Shown: positions 9,988-19,020, counted from the stretch's first letter. The stretch is DNA of 64,000 nt from Minisyncoccota bacterium (GCA_028718635.1 JAQULK010000001.1:152626-216625); one strand, 5' to 3'. The notes: generated from the letters alone by a model not told the origin. Numbers and translations are program-made.

Positions 9988-10060
9988 TGCGCCCTGTTGG
10001 GATCGAACCAACGACCTTATCCTTAAAAGGGATCTGCTCTACCAGCTGAGCTAAGGGCGC
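9988..10060 (-). tRNA. tRNA-Lys (anticodon UUU)
   Basis: Reverse complement folds as a cloverleaf: acceptor GCGCCCT/AGGGCGC, D arm GCTCAGCTGGTAGAGC, anticodon loop CTTTTAA, T arm GTTGGTTCGATCCCAAC. Confidence 0.8.
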
Positions 10061-10082
10061 ATCATATGATAGTATAAGAAAT

Positions 10083-12329
10083 ATGTTGAAAAATCAACCT
10101 GCCCGCCCTCCTAAGTCAGGAGCAGGCGGGGGAAGTATCTTTAAATTACATAAACCTTTTGAGCCAGCGGGGGATCAGCCAGTGGCTATCAGAGCGCTTG
10201 TGCAAGGTCTGTCTAAGGGAATGAAAAAGCAAACATTACTAGGAGCCACCGGCACAGGCAAGACTTTTACTATGGCAAATGTCATAGCTCAATATAACAA
10301 ACCAACTTTGGTAATAGCTCACAACAAAACCCTTGCCGCCCAGTTGGCCCAAGAATTTCGTGAATTTTTTCCAGATTCCGCAGTGCATTATTTTGTTTCT
10401 TATTATGATTATTATCAACCAGAAGCCTACATGCCTGCATCGGATACTTATATTGAAAAAGATGCCTCTATCAATAAAGAAATAGACATACTTCGCCATG
10501 CTTCCACGCAAGCGCTTTTAACAAGACGAGATGTGATTATAGTTGCCTCGGTTTCTTGTATTTATGGTTTGGGTTCTCCGGAAGAATATGAAAAAGTTAA
10601 TTTAAAACTTGAAATTGGTATGACGATGGACAGATTGACCTTAATGAAGAAATTAATTCAAATTCATTTTGAACGTACCAATGCAGATCTTACTCCTGGA
10701 ACTTTTCGTTCCATCGGTTCGCGGGTGGAATTTATGCCAGTTTCGGAAAGTATAATGTACCAAGTTGAAATGCAGGGCGGGAGAATTTCCAAAATAACAA
10801 AAGTTGATCCAGTTTCTTCTATTATAATTTCTGAAGAAAAGAATATTTTTATTTTCCCAGCAAAACATTTTATTACTGAAGATGCAAAAAAGAAAAAAGC
10901 GCTTATAGAAATTAAAAAAGAGCTAGCACAACAGCTAAAAAAATTTGAAAAAGAAGGGAAACTTTTAGAGGCTGAACGTATAAAAAGAAGAACTAATTAT
11001 GATTTGGCGATGATAAAAGAAGCTGGTTATTGCAACGGCATAGAAAATTATTCTAGGCACTTATCAGGGAAAAAAGAAGGCGAACCGCCAGAAACATTGC
11101 TTTCCTATTTCCCTAAGACTGGTTTTCTTACGATTATTGATGAATCGCATGTCACAATTCCACAACTACAAGGAATGTACGCAGGAGATGCTTCAAGAAA
11201 AAACACTTTAGTAGAATATGGATTTAGACTACCCTCCGCAAAAGATAACAGACCTTTAAAATTCAATGAGTTTGAAAATAGAATATATAATTCTATTTAT
11301 ACTTCCGCTACACCTGCAAAATTTGAGAAATCAGAAAGTAATCAAATAGTGGAACAAATTATTCGTCCGACAGGGCTTGTGGACCCAGAGACAATAGTGC
11401 GACCAGTTTCCGAAGGCGCATTTCCTCCCCTCCTTAACAAGGAGGGGAATGAGGGGAGGTTCTTAATTAATTCACCTCACCCCAACCCTCTCCTTAGTAA
11501 GGAGAGGGGGAATAACTACCCTGGCCAGATTCAAGATTTTATTCAAGAAACAGAAAAAACAATTGCAAAAGGTTTCAGGGTTCTAGCGACGACGTTGACA
11601 AAAAAAATGGCAGAGGATCTTTCTGTTTATTTAAAGGACAAAAAGATCAAAGCAGAATATCTACACAGTGATGTAAAAACGATAGACAGGATAAAAATTT
11701 TAACCCAATTCCGCAAAGGCGAATTTGATGTTTTAGTTGGCGTAAATTTACTTCGTGAAGGGTTGGATTTGCCAGAAGTTGCTCTGATTGGAATTCTAGA
11801 TGCCGACAAGGCAGGTTTTTTACGATCTGAAACATCTTTAATTCAAACGATTGGCCGTGCGGCTCGCAATAGTGAGGGTAAGGTTATTCTTTATGCCGAC
11901 ATTATGACTCCCGCGATGGATTATGCCCTAAAAGAAACTGCTCGTCGCAGAAATATTCAGCTTGCTTACAACAAAAAACATGGCATTACCCCAAAAACAA
12001 TTATGAAAAAGATAAAGGATATCACCGAAGAAATGGAAAGCGAACATGGGAAAGTTGTAAACGCCGAGCTCCAGCTTGATTTGGAAGTTTTTAAGCGCGC
12101 TTATGCGAAAGAATTTAAAAAAGAAAAGAAACAAAATCGGAAAATACCGAACACCAGCTTGGGGCAGTCTTATTTGTCTGATGAAGAGATAGGCAATTTA
12201 ATCTATGAAAAAATAATAAAAATGAAAGAAAAAGAAATGAACAAGGCAGTCAAAGAGTTAGATTTCGAGACTGCGGCGATACTAAGAGACGAGATCGGAG
12301 TTTTGCGAATGCGTACAGAAAAAAAATAG
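10083..12329 (+). CDS. uvrB: Excinuclease ABC subunit B
   Basis: GATGTGKTFTMA Walker A, helicase motifs, beta-hairpin region and a C-terminal UVR domain. Contains an in-frame insertion of about 32 aa between IVRP and GQIQDF. Confidence 0.95.
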   Translation: MLKNQPARPPKSGAGGGSIFKLHKPFEPAGDQPVAIRALVQGLSKGMKKQTLLGATGTGKTFTMANVIAQYNKPTLVIAHNKTLAAQLAQEFREFFPDSAVHYFVSYYDYYQPEAYMPASDTYIEKDASINKEIDILRHASTQALLTRRDVIIVASVSCIYGLGSPEEYEKVNLKLEIGMTMDRLTLMKKLIQIHFERTNADLTPGTFRSIGSRVEFMPVSESIMYQVEMQGGRISKITKVDPVSSIIISEEKNIFIFPAKHFITEDAKKKKALIEIKKELAQQLKKFEKEGKLLEAERIKRRTNYDLAMIKEAGYCNGIENYSRHLSGKKEGEPPETLLSYFPKTGFLTIIDESHVTIPQLQGMYAGDASRKNTLVEYGFRLPSAKDNRPLKFNEFENRIYNSIYTSATPAKFEKSESNQIVEQIIRPTGLVDPETIVRPVSEGAFPPLLNKEGNEGRFLINSPHPNPLLSKERGNNYPGQIQDFIQETEKTIAKGFRVLATTLTKKMAEDLSVYLKDKKIKAEYLHSDVKTIDRIKILTQFRKGEFDVLVGVNLLREGLDLPEVALIGILDADKAGFLRSETSLIQTIGRAARNSEGKVILYADIMTPAMDYALKETARRRNIQLAYNKKHGITPKTIMKKIKDITEEMESEHGKVVNAELQLDLEVFKRAYAKEFKKEKKQNRKIPNTSLGQSYLSDEEIGNLIYEKIIKMKEKEMNKAVKELDFETAAILRDEIGVLRMRTEKK
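11420..11515 (+). repeat. Two tandem GC-rich palindromic mini-elements (CCCCTCCTTAACAAGGAGGGG and CCTCACCCCAACCCTCTCCTTAGTAAGGAGAGGGGG) inserted in-frame in uvrB
   Basis: Perfect hairpin palindromes; they encode VSEGAFPPLLNKEGNEGRFLINSPHPNPLLSKERGNNYP, which is absent from canonical UvrB between RP and GQI. Confidence 0.8.
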
Positions 12330-12487
12330 ACTTTTTAGTTTTTTGTTGTATACTGTTTCTAATTTAATATTAAAAGAAAGTCATTGACACCCCCTATGAG
12401 TAACGGCGGGTGTATTGGATATTTTATACAAAAAAAATGAAAAATGACCCCGAAGGAAAGAGTACTTCCTACGGGGCAGGAAAAAAT

Positions 12488-15148
12488 ATGAAAAAAGATT
12501 TTCAAGACAAAATAATAGTAAAAGGCGCACGAACCCATAATTTAAAGAATATAAATGTGGAAATGCCTCGTAATAAAATGATAGCCATTACTGGTGTTTC
12601 TGGTTCTGGAAAATCATCTTTGGCTTTTGATACCATTTTTGCCGAAGGACAACGCCGATACGTGGAGTCTCTTTCTTCTTATGCGCGACAATTTTTAAAC
12701 CAAATGCCTAAACCTGATGTGGATGAGATCACGGGTCTTTCTCCTGCAATATCTATTGATCAAAAATCTCGTTCAAATAATCCGCGCTCGACTGTGGCGA
12801 CGATTACAGAGATCTATGATTACTTGCGAGTGATGTATGCGCGCATTGGGCATCCACATTGTCCTTTGTGTGGCGAAGAAATTAAAAAACTTTCCAATGA
12901 AGAAATTTTAAATTTTGTTTTGGAAAAGTTGAAAACACCCTCCTTGATTAAGGAGGGTGTAGGGGGTGGTAATTCCAAGAAATCACCACCTCGCCCTTCG
13001 GGCACTCCTCCTCAAAAAGGAGGAGATAAAATTCGTAAGGTTATGGGAGTCGAATGGGATGAAACAGAAATCAGTATTTTTTCACCAGTAATCAGGGGAA
13101 GAAAAGGGGAATATTATCAACTGCTTTATGATTTGCTTGGAAAAGGTTTTGCCGAAATTCGTCTTGATGGGATGATGAAAAAACTTCGCGAGCAAATAAC
13201 TCTTTCTAAAAACAAAGCACACAATATTGATATTCTAGTGGATCATTTTGCTCTACATGAGTTTACGGATGATAAGGACGGTAGTAGAATGCGTCTTTCT
13301 GAGGCTCTAGAACGTGCGCTTCTCGAGTCTGATGGTTTAGTAACTATAAAAATCGGCGATGAGGAATTTATTATGTCTGCAAAATTCGCTTGTAAGAATG
13401 ACGGTTTTTCTTTTCCAGAAGTGGAGCCGAGATTATTTTCTTTCAATTCTCCTTATGGTGCCTGTCCAGCTTGTAATGGCCTTGGTTCAAAATATTTTAT
13501 GGGAGATGAACCTTGTGAAACTTGCCATGGCGCGCGTTTACGCTCTGAAGCCTTAAATGTTTTTTTAGAGGCTTCCAAGAAGAAGGTAAACATATTAGAT
13601 CTTGCTTCTCTTTCTATAAAAGACGCATATACTTTTTTCAAAAACTTAAAACTCTCAGAACAAGAGAAGGAAATATCGGTGCCAGTCGTTCGGGAGATAG
13701 AAGCCAGACTTCAATTTATGCTGGACGTAGGTTTGGATTATTTGCAGTTGTCTCGCAAGGCGAACACTCTCTCTGGCGGAGAAGCGCAGCGTATCCGCTT
13801 GGCTTCTCAGCTTGGTTCGAGGCTCGTCGGCGCGCTTTATGTGCTCGATGAACCCACGATCGGACTTCACCAGCGAGACAACGATCGTTTGATAAAAACA
13901 CTTCAAAATTTACGTGATTTAGGCAATACAATTTTAATTGTAGAACATGATGAGGATACTATATATGCTTCGGATTATATCGTAGATATAGGACCGAAGG
14001 CCGGGGTGCACGGCGGGGAAGTGGTTGTTTCCGGTTATTTAGAAGATCTATTAACTGCAAAAAAGAACACAAATAATTCTCGAACACTTAGTTATTTGCG
14101 CGGAGAAACAAAAATAGAAATTCCTAAAAAACGGCGCCATCCTAAAGGCGCGCTTCGAATTGCCGGAGGAAATATTTTTAATATTAACAACCTTAATGTA
14201 GAAGTGCCTCTCGGAGTAATGACATCTATCACTGGTGTTTCTGGTTCCGGAAAAAGTTCTTTTATGTATGAGATTCTTTATAAAAATCTTCAAGCCCGCT
14301 TTGAGCGAAAGTATCGCACAGCCAAGATTTTTAATTGTTCCTCATTTTCTGGGACTGAATATCTATCCAGAGTTATTTTGATTGATCAATCGCCCATAGG
14401 CAGGACTCCGCGTTCAAATATTGTTACTTATACAGGAGCCTTCACGCATATCCGAGATCTTTTTGCTTCGACCGAAGAAGCGCGCTTGCGAGGATGGAAA
14501 GCAAATCGTTTTTCTTTCAATGTGAAAGGTGGTCGTTGTGAGGCCTGCGAAGGCAATGGTGAGATAGCTGTCGAAATGCATTTTTTGCCGACGGTTTATG
14601 TCACTTGCGATGTATGTGATGGAAAACGTTTTGATAAAGAGACGCTTACTGTAAAATACAAGAAAAAAAATATTTACGAAGTCCTGCATATGACTGTAGA
14701 AAATGGCCTTACTTTTTTCAAAGATATTCCGGCGATTTCCGATAGACTGCAGACCCTCTTTGATGTAGGGCTTGGTTACTTGGAACTCGGCCAATCAGCT
14801 ACAACGCTCTCTGGCGGGGAAGCGCAACGAGTAAAAATAAGTAGCGAGCTTTATCGTCCGCATTTGGAAAAAACTATTTATCTTTTAGATGAACCGACTG
14901 TGGGGCTTCATTATGATGACGTGCAGAAACTTTTGGAGGTTTTAAATAAATTGGTATCTCATGGCAATACGGTTGTCCTAATTGAACACAACCTTGATAT
15001 TGTGAAAAGTTCAGATTACATTATAGATATTGGTCCAGAAGGAGGAGTAGACGGAGGTAAAATTGTTGCCAAAGGCACGCCGGAAGAAGTGGCTGGAAAC
15101 AGCAAATCACACACTGGCAAATACTTAAGAAGAGTTTTGAGAAAATAA
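12488..15148 (+). CDS. uvrA: Excinuclease ABC subunit A
   Basis: Two ABC ATPase modules ([12 protein letters not shown] and [10 protein letters not shown]), zinc fingers, and ABC signature LSGGE twice. Start set at the ATG at 12488 ([21 protein letters not shown]) by alignment to the UvrA N-terminus. The ORF-track start at 12410 is a GTG. Confidence 0.9.
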   Translation: MKKDFQDKIIVKGARTHNLKNINVEMPRNKMIAITGVSGSGKSSLAFDTIFAEGQRRYVESLSSYARQFLNQMPKPDVDEITGLSPAISIDQKSRSNNPRSTVATITEIYDYLRVMYARIGHPHCPLCGEEIKKLSNEEILNFVLEKLKTPSLIKEGVGGGNSKKSPPRPSGTPPQKGGDKIRKVMGVEWDETEISIFSPVIRGRKGEYYQLLYDLLGKGFAEIRLDGMMKKLREQITLSKNKAHNIDILVDHFALHEFTDDKDGSRMRLSEALERALLESDGLVTIKIGDEEFIMSAKFACKNDGFSFPEVEPRLFSFNSPYGACPACNGLGSKYFMGDEPCETCHGARLRSEALNVFLEASKKKVNILDLASLSIKDAYTFFKNLKLSEQEKEISVPVVREIEARLQFMLDVGLDYLQLSRKANTLSGGEAQRIRLASQLGSRLVGALYVLDEPTIGLHQRDNDRLIKTLQNLRDLGNTILIVEHDEDTIYASDYIVDIGPKAGVHGGEVVVSGYLEDLLTAKKNTNNSRTLSYLRGETKIEIPKKRRHPKGALRIAGGNIFNINNLNVEVPLGVMTSITGVSGSGKSSFMYEILYKNLQARFERKYRTAKIFNCSSFSGTEYLSRVILIDQSPIGRTPRSNIVTYTGAFTHIRDLFASTEEARLRGWKANRFSFNVKGGRCEACEGNGEIAVEMHFLPTVYVTCDVCDGKRFDKETLTVKYKKKNIYEVLHMTVENGLTFFKDIPAISDRLQTLFDVGLGYLELGQSATTLSGGEAQRVKISSELYRPHLEKTIYLLDEPTVGLHYDDVQKLLEVLNKLVSHGNTVVLIEHNLDIVKSSDYIIDIGPEGGVDGGKIVAKGTPEEVAGNSKSHTGKYLRRVLRK
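12935..13026 (+). repeat. Three small GC-rich palindromes inserted in-frame in uvrA
   Basis: CACCCTCCTTGATTAAGGAGGGTG, GGTGGTAATTCCAAGAAATCACCACC and CCTCCTCAAAAAGGAGGAG; the encoded segment [30 protein letters not shown] is absent from canonical UvrA. Confidence 0.75.
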
Positions 15149-15226
15149 AATTACATTTGTCCCGTACTAAATTTTTGATTACGGGGTATAAAGATAAGCA
15201 TTAATAATTAAAATTTTAGTACTGGG

Positions 15227-16519
15227 ATGACGAATGAAACTCTAAAAAAATTAAAACTGCCAGATAAGCCCGGTGTATATTTTTTCTTAAAAAATAAGAA
15301 AATTTTATACATCGGAAAAGCGACCTCTCTTCGAGACCGCACCAAAAGCTATTTCAGCAAGGACTTGATAAATACCCGAGGTCCGCTTGTTTTAGATATG
15401 GTTTTTAAATCGGACAATATAAAATGGGAAGCCACCGATTCTGTTTTAGAAGCTCTTATTTTAGAAGCTAATTTAATAAAAAAATATCAGCCTTATTACA
15501 ATACAAGAGAAAAAGATGATAAGAGTTTCAATTATGTCTGCATCACAAGGGAGAAATTGCCAAGAGTATTAGTAGTTAGAGGCCGAGTTTTAAAAAATTA
15601 TAAAGGAAGTATCTTTGGCCCGTATACTAGCGGTACCCAATTGCATGAGGCGTTAAAAATCTTACGCAGAATTTTTCCTTTTATTGATGACAAATCGAGT
15701 AAAAAACAAAACTATGAATTTTATAAACAGCTTGGACTGACTCCAGACGCATCATCTCCGAGTGAAATTTATTTGGATAATATAAAATATTTGAAACTTT
15801 TCTTTAAAGGCAAAAAGAAAGATATCATCCGAGATTTGAAAAAAAAGATGATGCAAAAAGCCAAAGAGGGAGAATTTGAAAAGGCCGGAGAAGTTAAAAG
15901 GCAAATTTTTGCGCTGAAACACATCAATGATATTGCGCTTATAAAAAATAGCTTCGCAGATAATAAAATTTTTGGTCCTGCGCCCTCCTTTGGGCGCATT
16001 TCTGGGAGCAAAGCGGGACCCTCGGACACAAAAATTTTATTATCTGCTTTGCTATTTCGCATTGAGGCTTATGACATAGCGCACATGGGAGGCAAAAATA
16101 TGGTTGGGGTGATGACAGTTTTGGAAAACGACGAAGCAGTAAAGAGTGAGTACAGAAAATTCAAAATTAAGACTCAGAATAATGTAAATGATACCGGCGC
16201 ACTCGCGGAAGTTTTAGAAAGAAGGTTGATGCATAAAGAATGGGCATTTCCAGATTTAATTGTGGTGGATGGCGGTATGGCGCAAATTAATGCCGCCAAA
16301 AGTGTTTTAAAAAAAATGGGTTTAAACATACCCGTAGTTTCTGTTGTTAAAGATGAACACCATAAACCGAAAGCCATAATGGGGGACAATCCACGCCACG
16401 GCAGGGCAAGAGATTTTGGATTAAAATATAAAAGAGAAATTCTACTAGCGAACAGCGAAGCACACCGATTTGCCATCAGTTATCATAAAAATATGAGGAA
16501 TAAGAATTTCTTGATTTAG
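15227..16519 (+). CDS. uvrC: Excinuclease ABC subunit C (short form, about 430 aa, lacking C-terminal HhH region)
   Basis: N-terminal GIY-YIG domain (PGVYFFLKNKKILYIGKATSLRDR) and a C-terminal RNase H-like endonuclease domain (VVDGGMAQINAA...). Confidence 0.85.
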   Translation: MTNETLKKLKLPDKPGVYFFLKNKKILYIGKATSLRDRTKSYFSKDLINTRGPLVLDMVFKSDNIKWEATDSVLEALILEANLIKKYQPYYNTREKDDKSFNYVCITREKLPRVLVVRGRVLKNYKGSIFGPYTSGTQLHEALKILRRIFPFIDDKSSKKQNYEFYKQLGLTPDASSPSEIYLDNIKYLKLFFKGKKKDIIRDLKKKMMQKAKEGEFEKAGEVKRQIFALKHINDIALIKNSFADNKIFGPAPSFGRISGSKAGPSDTKILLSALLFRIEAYDIAHMGGKNMVGVMTVLENDEAVKSEYRKFKIKTQNNVNDTGALAEVLERRLMHKEWAFPDLIVVDGGMAQINAAKSVLKKMGLNIPVVSVVKDEHHKPKAIMGDNPRHGRARDFGLKYKREILLANSEAHRFAISYHKNMRNKNFLI

Positions 16520-16544
16520 CGCGTAAAAAGCATAATATGTAAAT

Positions 16545-18293
16545 ATGAATTCCGAAACGCGGGTCTGCCAAAATTGCAAAAAAGATTTCACGATAGAACC
16601 AGAAGATTTTTCTTTTTATGAGAAACTAAAAGTGCCAGCGCCCACTTGGTGTCCGGACTGCAGATTTGTACGCAAACTCACTTTTATTAATGAACGATCT
16701 TTATATAAAGAAACTTGCGGTAATTGCAAAAAATCAATAATTTCAATGTATAGTCCAGAGAGCGGTATTTCTTCTTGGTGTATCAAATGCCACTTGAGCG
16801 ATGTCTGGGATGCGCGCGATTATGGCAGGGAATATGATTTTTCGAAGACATTTTTTGAGCAGTTTAAAGAATTAAAATACAATATTCCTCACAGAGCGCT
16901 TGATCAAAATGAACGCAACGGAGAAGGCTGTGAATATTCAAATTTATGCTTTGCGAACAAAGATGTCTATTTATCTTTTAATATTGTGGGTTCTGAGCAT
17001 ATAAAATATTCTAATAATGTTTTAAAACGAAATAAAAATTGTTTGGATTCTATGATTATTAAAGCCAACGATAGAGGATACGAGCTGGTACAAGCCAGCA
17101 ACAATTACAACTCGACTTTTTTAATAGAAAGTGATCAGTGTGTGGATTCACATTTCCTTTATGATTGTTCAAATTGCGTAAAATGTTGTTTATCATGTAA
17201 TCTTCGCAATAAAAGTAATGTTTTTAAAAATCAACAATTATCTAAAGAGAAATATGAAGAAGCAGTTACAAATTTGAAATTAGAAACATATTCAGGACAA
17301 ATAAAGGCTAAGGATATTTTTAGGGATTTAGCAAAAAATGCTATTCATAAACATGCGCACATTAAAAATTCAGTAAATGTAGTTGGGGATTTTGTGGAAA
17401 ATTCAAAAAATGTTTATCACTGCTATTGTGTGGCTGATGCGGAAAATGTTAAATATGTTTTTTTTAGTGCCAATGCTATGAAAGATAGCCAAGATGTTGT
17501 GTCATGTGGAAAGATTGAAGAATGTTATGAATTTACTTTAGGAGGAAGAGGTTCCAATCGAGTAGTTTTATGTCTTAGTTGTGGAGGAGGGAATAATAAT
17601 TTGTTTTATTGTGATAATGTTAGAAGTAGTTCTAATTGCTTTGGTTGTGTGAATTTAATTAAGAAACAATATTGTATATTTAATAAGCAATATTCAAAAG
17701 AAGAATATTTCGAATTGTTGTCGAAAATTATGAAACATATGAATGAGATGCCGTATGTGGATGCGCTTGGAAGGGAATATGTTTTTGGTGAATTTTTTCC
17801 TACAGAGATTTCTCCTTTTGCTTATAATGAAACTCGAGCATTTGAAGAATGTCCACTTTCAAAAGAAGAAGTGCTTGCTTTTGGTTATAAATGGAAGGAA
17901 ATAGAAGCCAAAGCCTATGTTCCAACAATAAAAGGAGATGCTATTCCTGATAGCATTAAAGATGTTGAGGATACAATTTGCGACGAAGTTATCGAGTGTC
18001 CCAATAAAGGTAAAGTAGAGACGCGATGCACTTCAGCCTATAAAATATTACCGGATGAGCTTTCTTTTTATCGACAAATGAATCTGCCGATACCTAGATA
18101 TTGTCCGAATTGTAGATACCACCAGCGTTTAGCTTGGAAAAATCCTTTTCATTTTTATAAACGAGAGTGTATGTGTGAATTGCAGAATCATCAACACAAA
18201 GGAAAGTGTCTAAATAAATTTGAAACTATGTATGCTTCTGATCGACCAGAGATAATTTATTGCAAAGAATGTTATCAGGCAGAAATATATTAG
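16545..18293 (+). CDS. Cys-rich protein of unknown function (paralogue 1 of a two-member family in this window)
   Basis: 582 aa. N-terminal CQNCKKDFTIEPEDFSFYEKLKVPAPTWCPDCR and C-terminal MNLPIPRYCPNCR zinc-ribbon-like modules, plus internal C.GC.NL...YCI.NKQYSKEEY repeats. Full-length homology to the ORF at 51882..53585. Confidence 0.7.
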   Translation: MNSETRVCQNCKKDFTIEPEDFSFYEKLKVPAPTWCPDCRFVRKLTFINERSLYKETCGNCKKSIISMYSPESGISSWCIKCHLSDVWDARDYGREYDFSKTFFEQFKELKYNIPHRALDQNERNGEGCEYSNLCFANKDVYLSFNIVGSEHIKYSNNVLKRNKNCLDSMIIKANDRGYELVQASNNYNSTFLIESDQCVDSHFLYDCSNCVKCCLSCNLRNKSNVFKNQQLSKEKYEEAVTNLKLETYSGQIKAKDIFRDLAKNAIHKHAHIKNSVNVVGDFVENSKNVYHCYCVADAENVKYVFFSANAMKDSQDVVSCGKIEECYEFTLGGRGSNRVVLCLSCGGGNNNLFYCDNVRSSSNCFGCVNLIKKQYCIFNKQYSKEEYFELLSKIMKHMNEMPYVDALGREYVFGEFFPTEISPFAYNETRAFEECPLSKEEVLAFGYKWKEIEAKAYVPTIKGDAIPDSIKDVEDTICDEVIECPNKGKVETRCTSAYKILPDELSFYRQMNLPIPRYCPNCRYHQRLAWKNPFHFYKRECMCELQNHQHKGKCLNKFETMYASDRPEIIYCKECYQAEIY

Positions 18294-18332
18294 GTGTTAT
18301 CAAACTTGACGACCGTCATAAACTGATAATAT

Positions 18333-18818
18333 ATGAAAAAGGAAAATCAACAAGAAAATATTTTAATATTACACAATATCCGAAGCGTGGAAAACGTCGG
18401 GGCGATGTTTCGCACGGCTGATGCGGCGGGAATAAACAAAATTTATTTGTCGGGCTACACCCCAACTCCGCTTGATCGTTTTGGCAGAAAGAGAAGGGAT
18501 TTAGCTAAGTCTGCGCTCGGAGCGGAAGAATATATAACTTGGGAATATAAAAAAAGCTTGCCCGCCATTTTGCGAAGCTTAAGGCGGGAGAAATATTTAA
18601 TTATTGGAATAGAGCAGGATAAAAAATCGGTTGATTATAAAAAGGTAAAATTACATAATAAAAATGTTTTTATCGTAGGAACGGAAGTGACAGGCATACC
18701 TAAAAGTATTTTAAAAAAATGTGATGTAATTGCTGAAATTCCAATGCGAGGCAAAAAAGAATCGTTAAATGTTTCCGTGGCACTAGGAATAGCGCTCTTC
18801 GGGATTCTAAAATTATAG
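18333..18818 (+). CDS. SpoU/TrmH-family RNA 2'-O-methyltransferase
   Basis: ILILHNIRSVENVGAMFRTADAAGI... typical SPOUT methyltransferase motifs. Confidence 0.8.
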   Translation: MKKENQQENILILHNIRSVENVGAMFRTADAAGINKIYLSGYTPTPLDRFGRKRRDLAKSALGAEEYITWEYKKSLPAILRSLRREKYLIIGIEQDKKSVDYKKVKLHNKNVFIVGTEVTGIPKSILKKCDVIAEIPMRGKKESLNVSVALGIALFGILKL

Positions 18819-18857
18819 AATCAAAATTTTTGCCGGTACGGATTTTTTGAAGCTTAA

Positions 18858-18925
18858 AAAATCCTGAAGTTGGCTCGCCGTCGCTCGCCAAACCCCTTAA
18901 AAACTTTATTCTCTAATTTTAGAAT
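18858..18925 (+). repeat. Intergenic repeat family R1 (CGGTACGGATTTTTTGAAGCTTAAAAAATCCTGAAGTT...GGCTCGCC...AAACCCCT), copy 1; copy 2 at 41197..41265
   Basis: 38-bp identical core containing a perfect 9-bp-stem hairpin GGATTTTTT-GAAGCTT-AAAAAATCC, with similar flanks; both copies lie immediately 3' of genes. Confidence 0.7.
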
Positions 18926-18954
18926 CCAGAAATAAAATAAATATAAAATTTAGA

Positions 18955-19020
18955 AAGCCTTGCGCAGGCTGACGAGCCGAGCAGTTCGCTGGCGCACCAG
19001 CGCCAGATAGATTGCTTTAT
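18955..19020 (+). repeat. Intergenic repeat family R2 (CCTTGCGCAGG...GACGAGC.GAGCAGTTCGCTGGC-hairpin-CCAGATAGATTGCTTT), copy 1; inverted copy at 20869..20960
   Basis: Collinear similarity after reverse complement. The central hairpin differs in sequence (CTGGCGCACCAGCGCCAG vs CTGGCAAAGCTTTGCCAG) but remains a palindrome in both copies. Confidence 0.65.

Noticed and set aside
12410-12487. Upstream extension of uvrA (ORF-track start 12410)
   Set aside because: Position 12410 is a GTG, the extension has no homology to UvrA N-termini, and the region contains the 29-bp palindrome and a plausible RBS before the ATG at 12488. It is kept as a possibility only.
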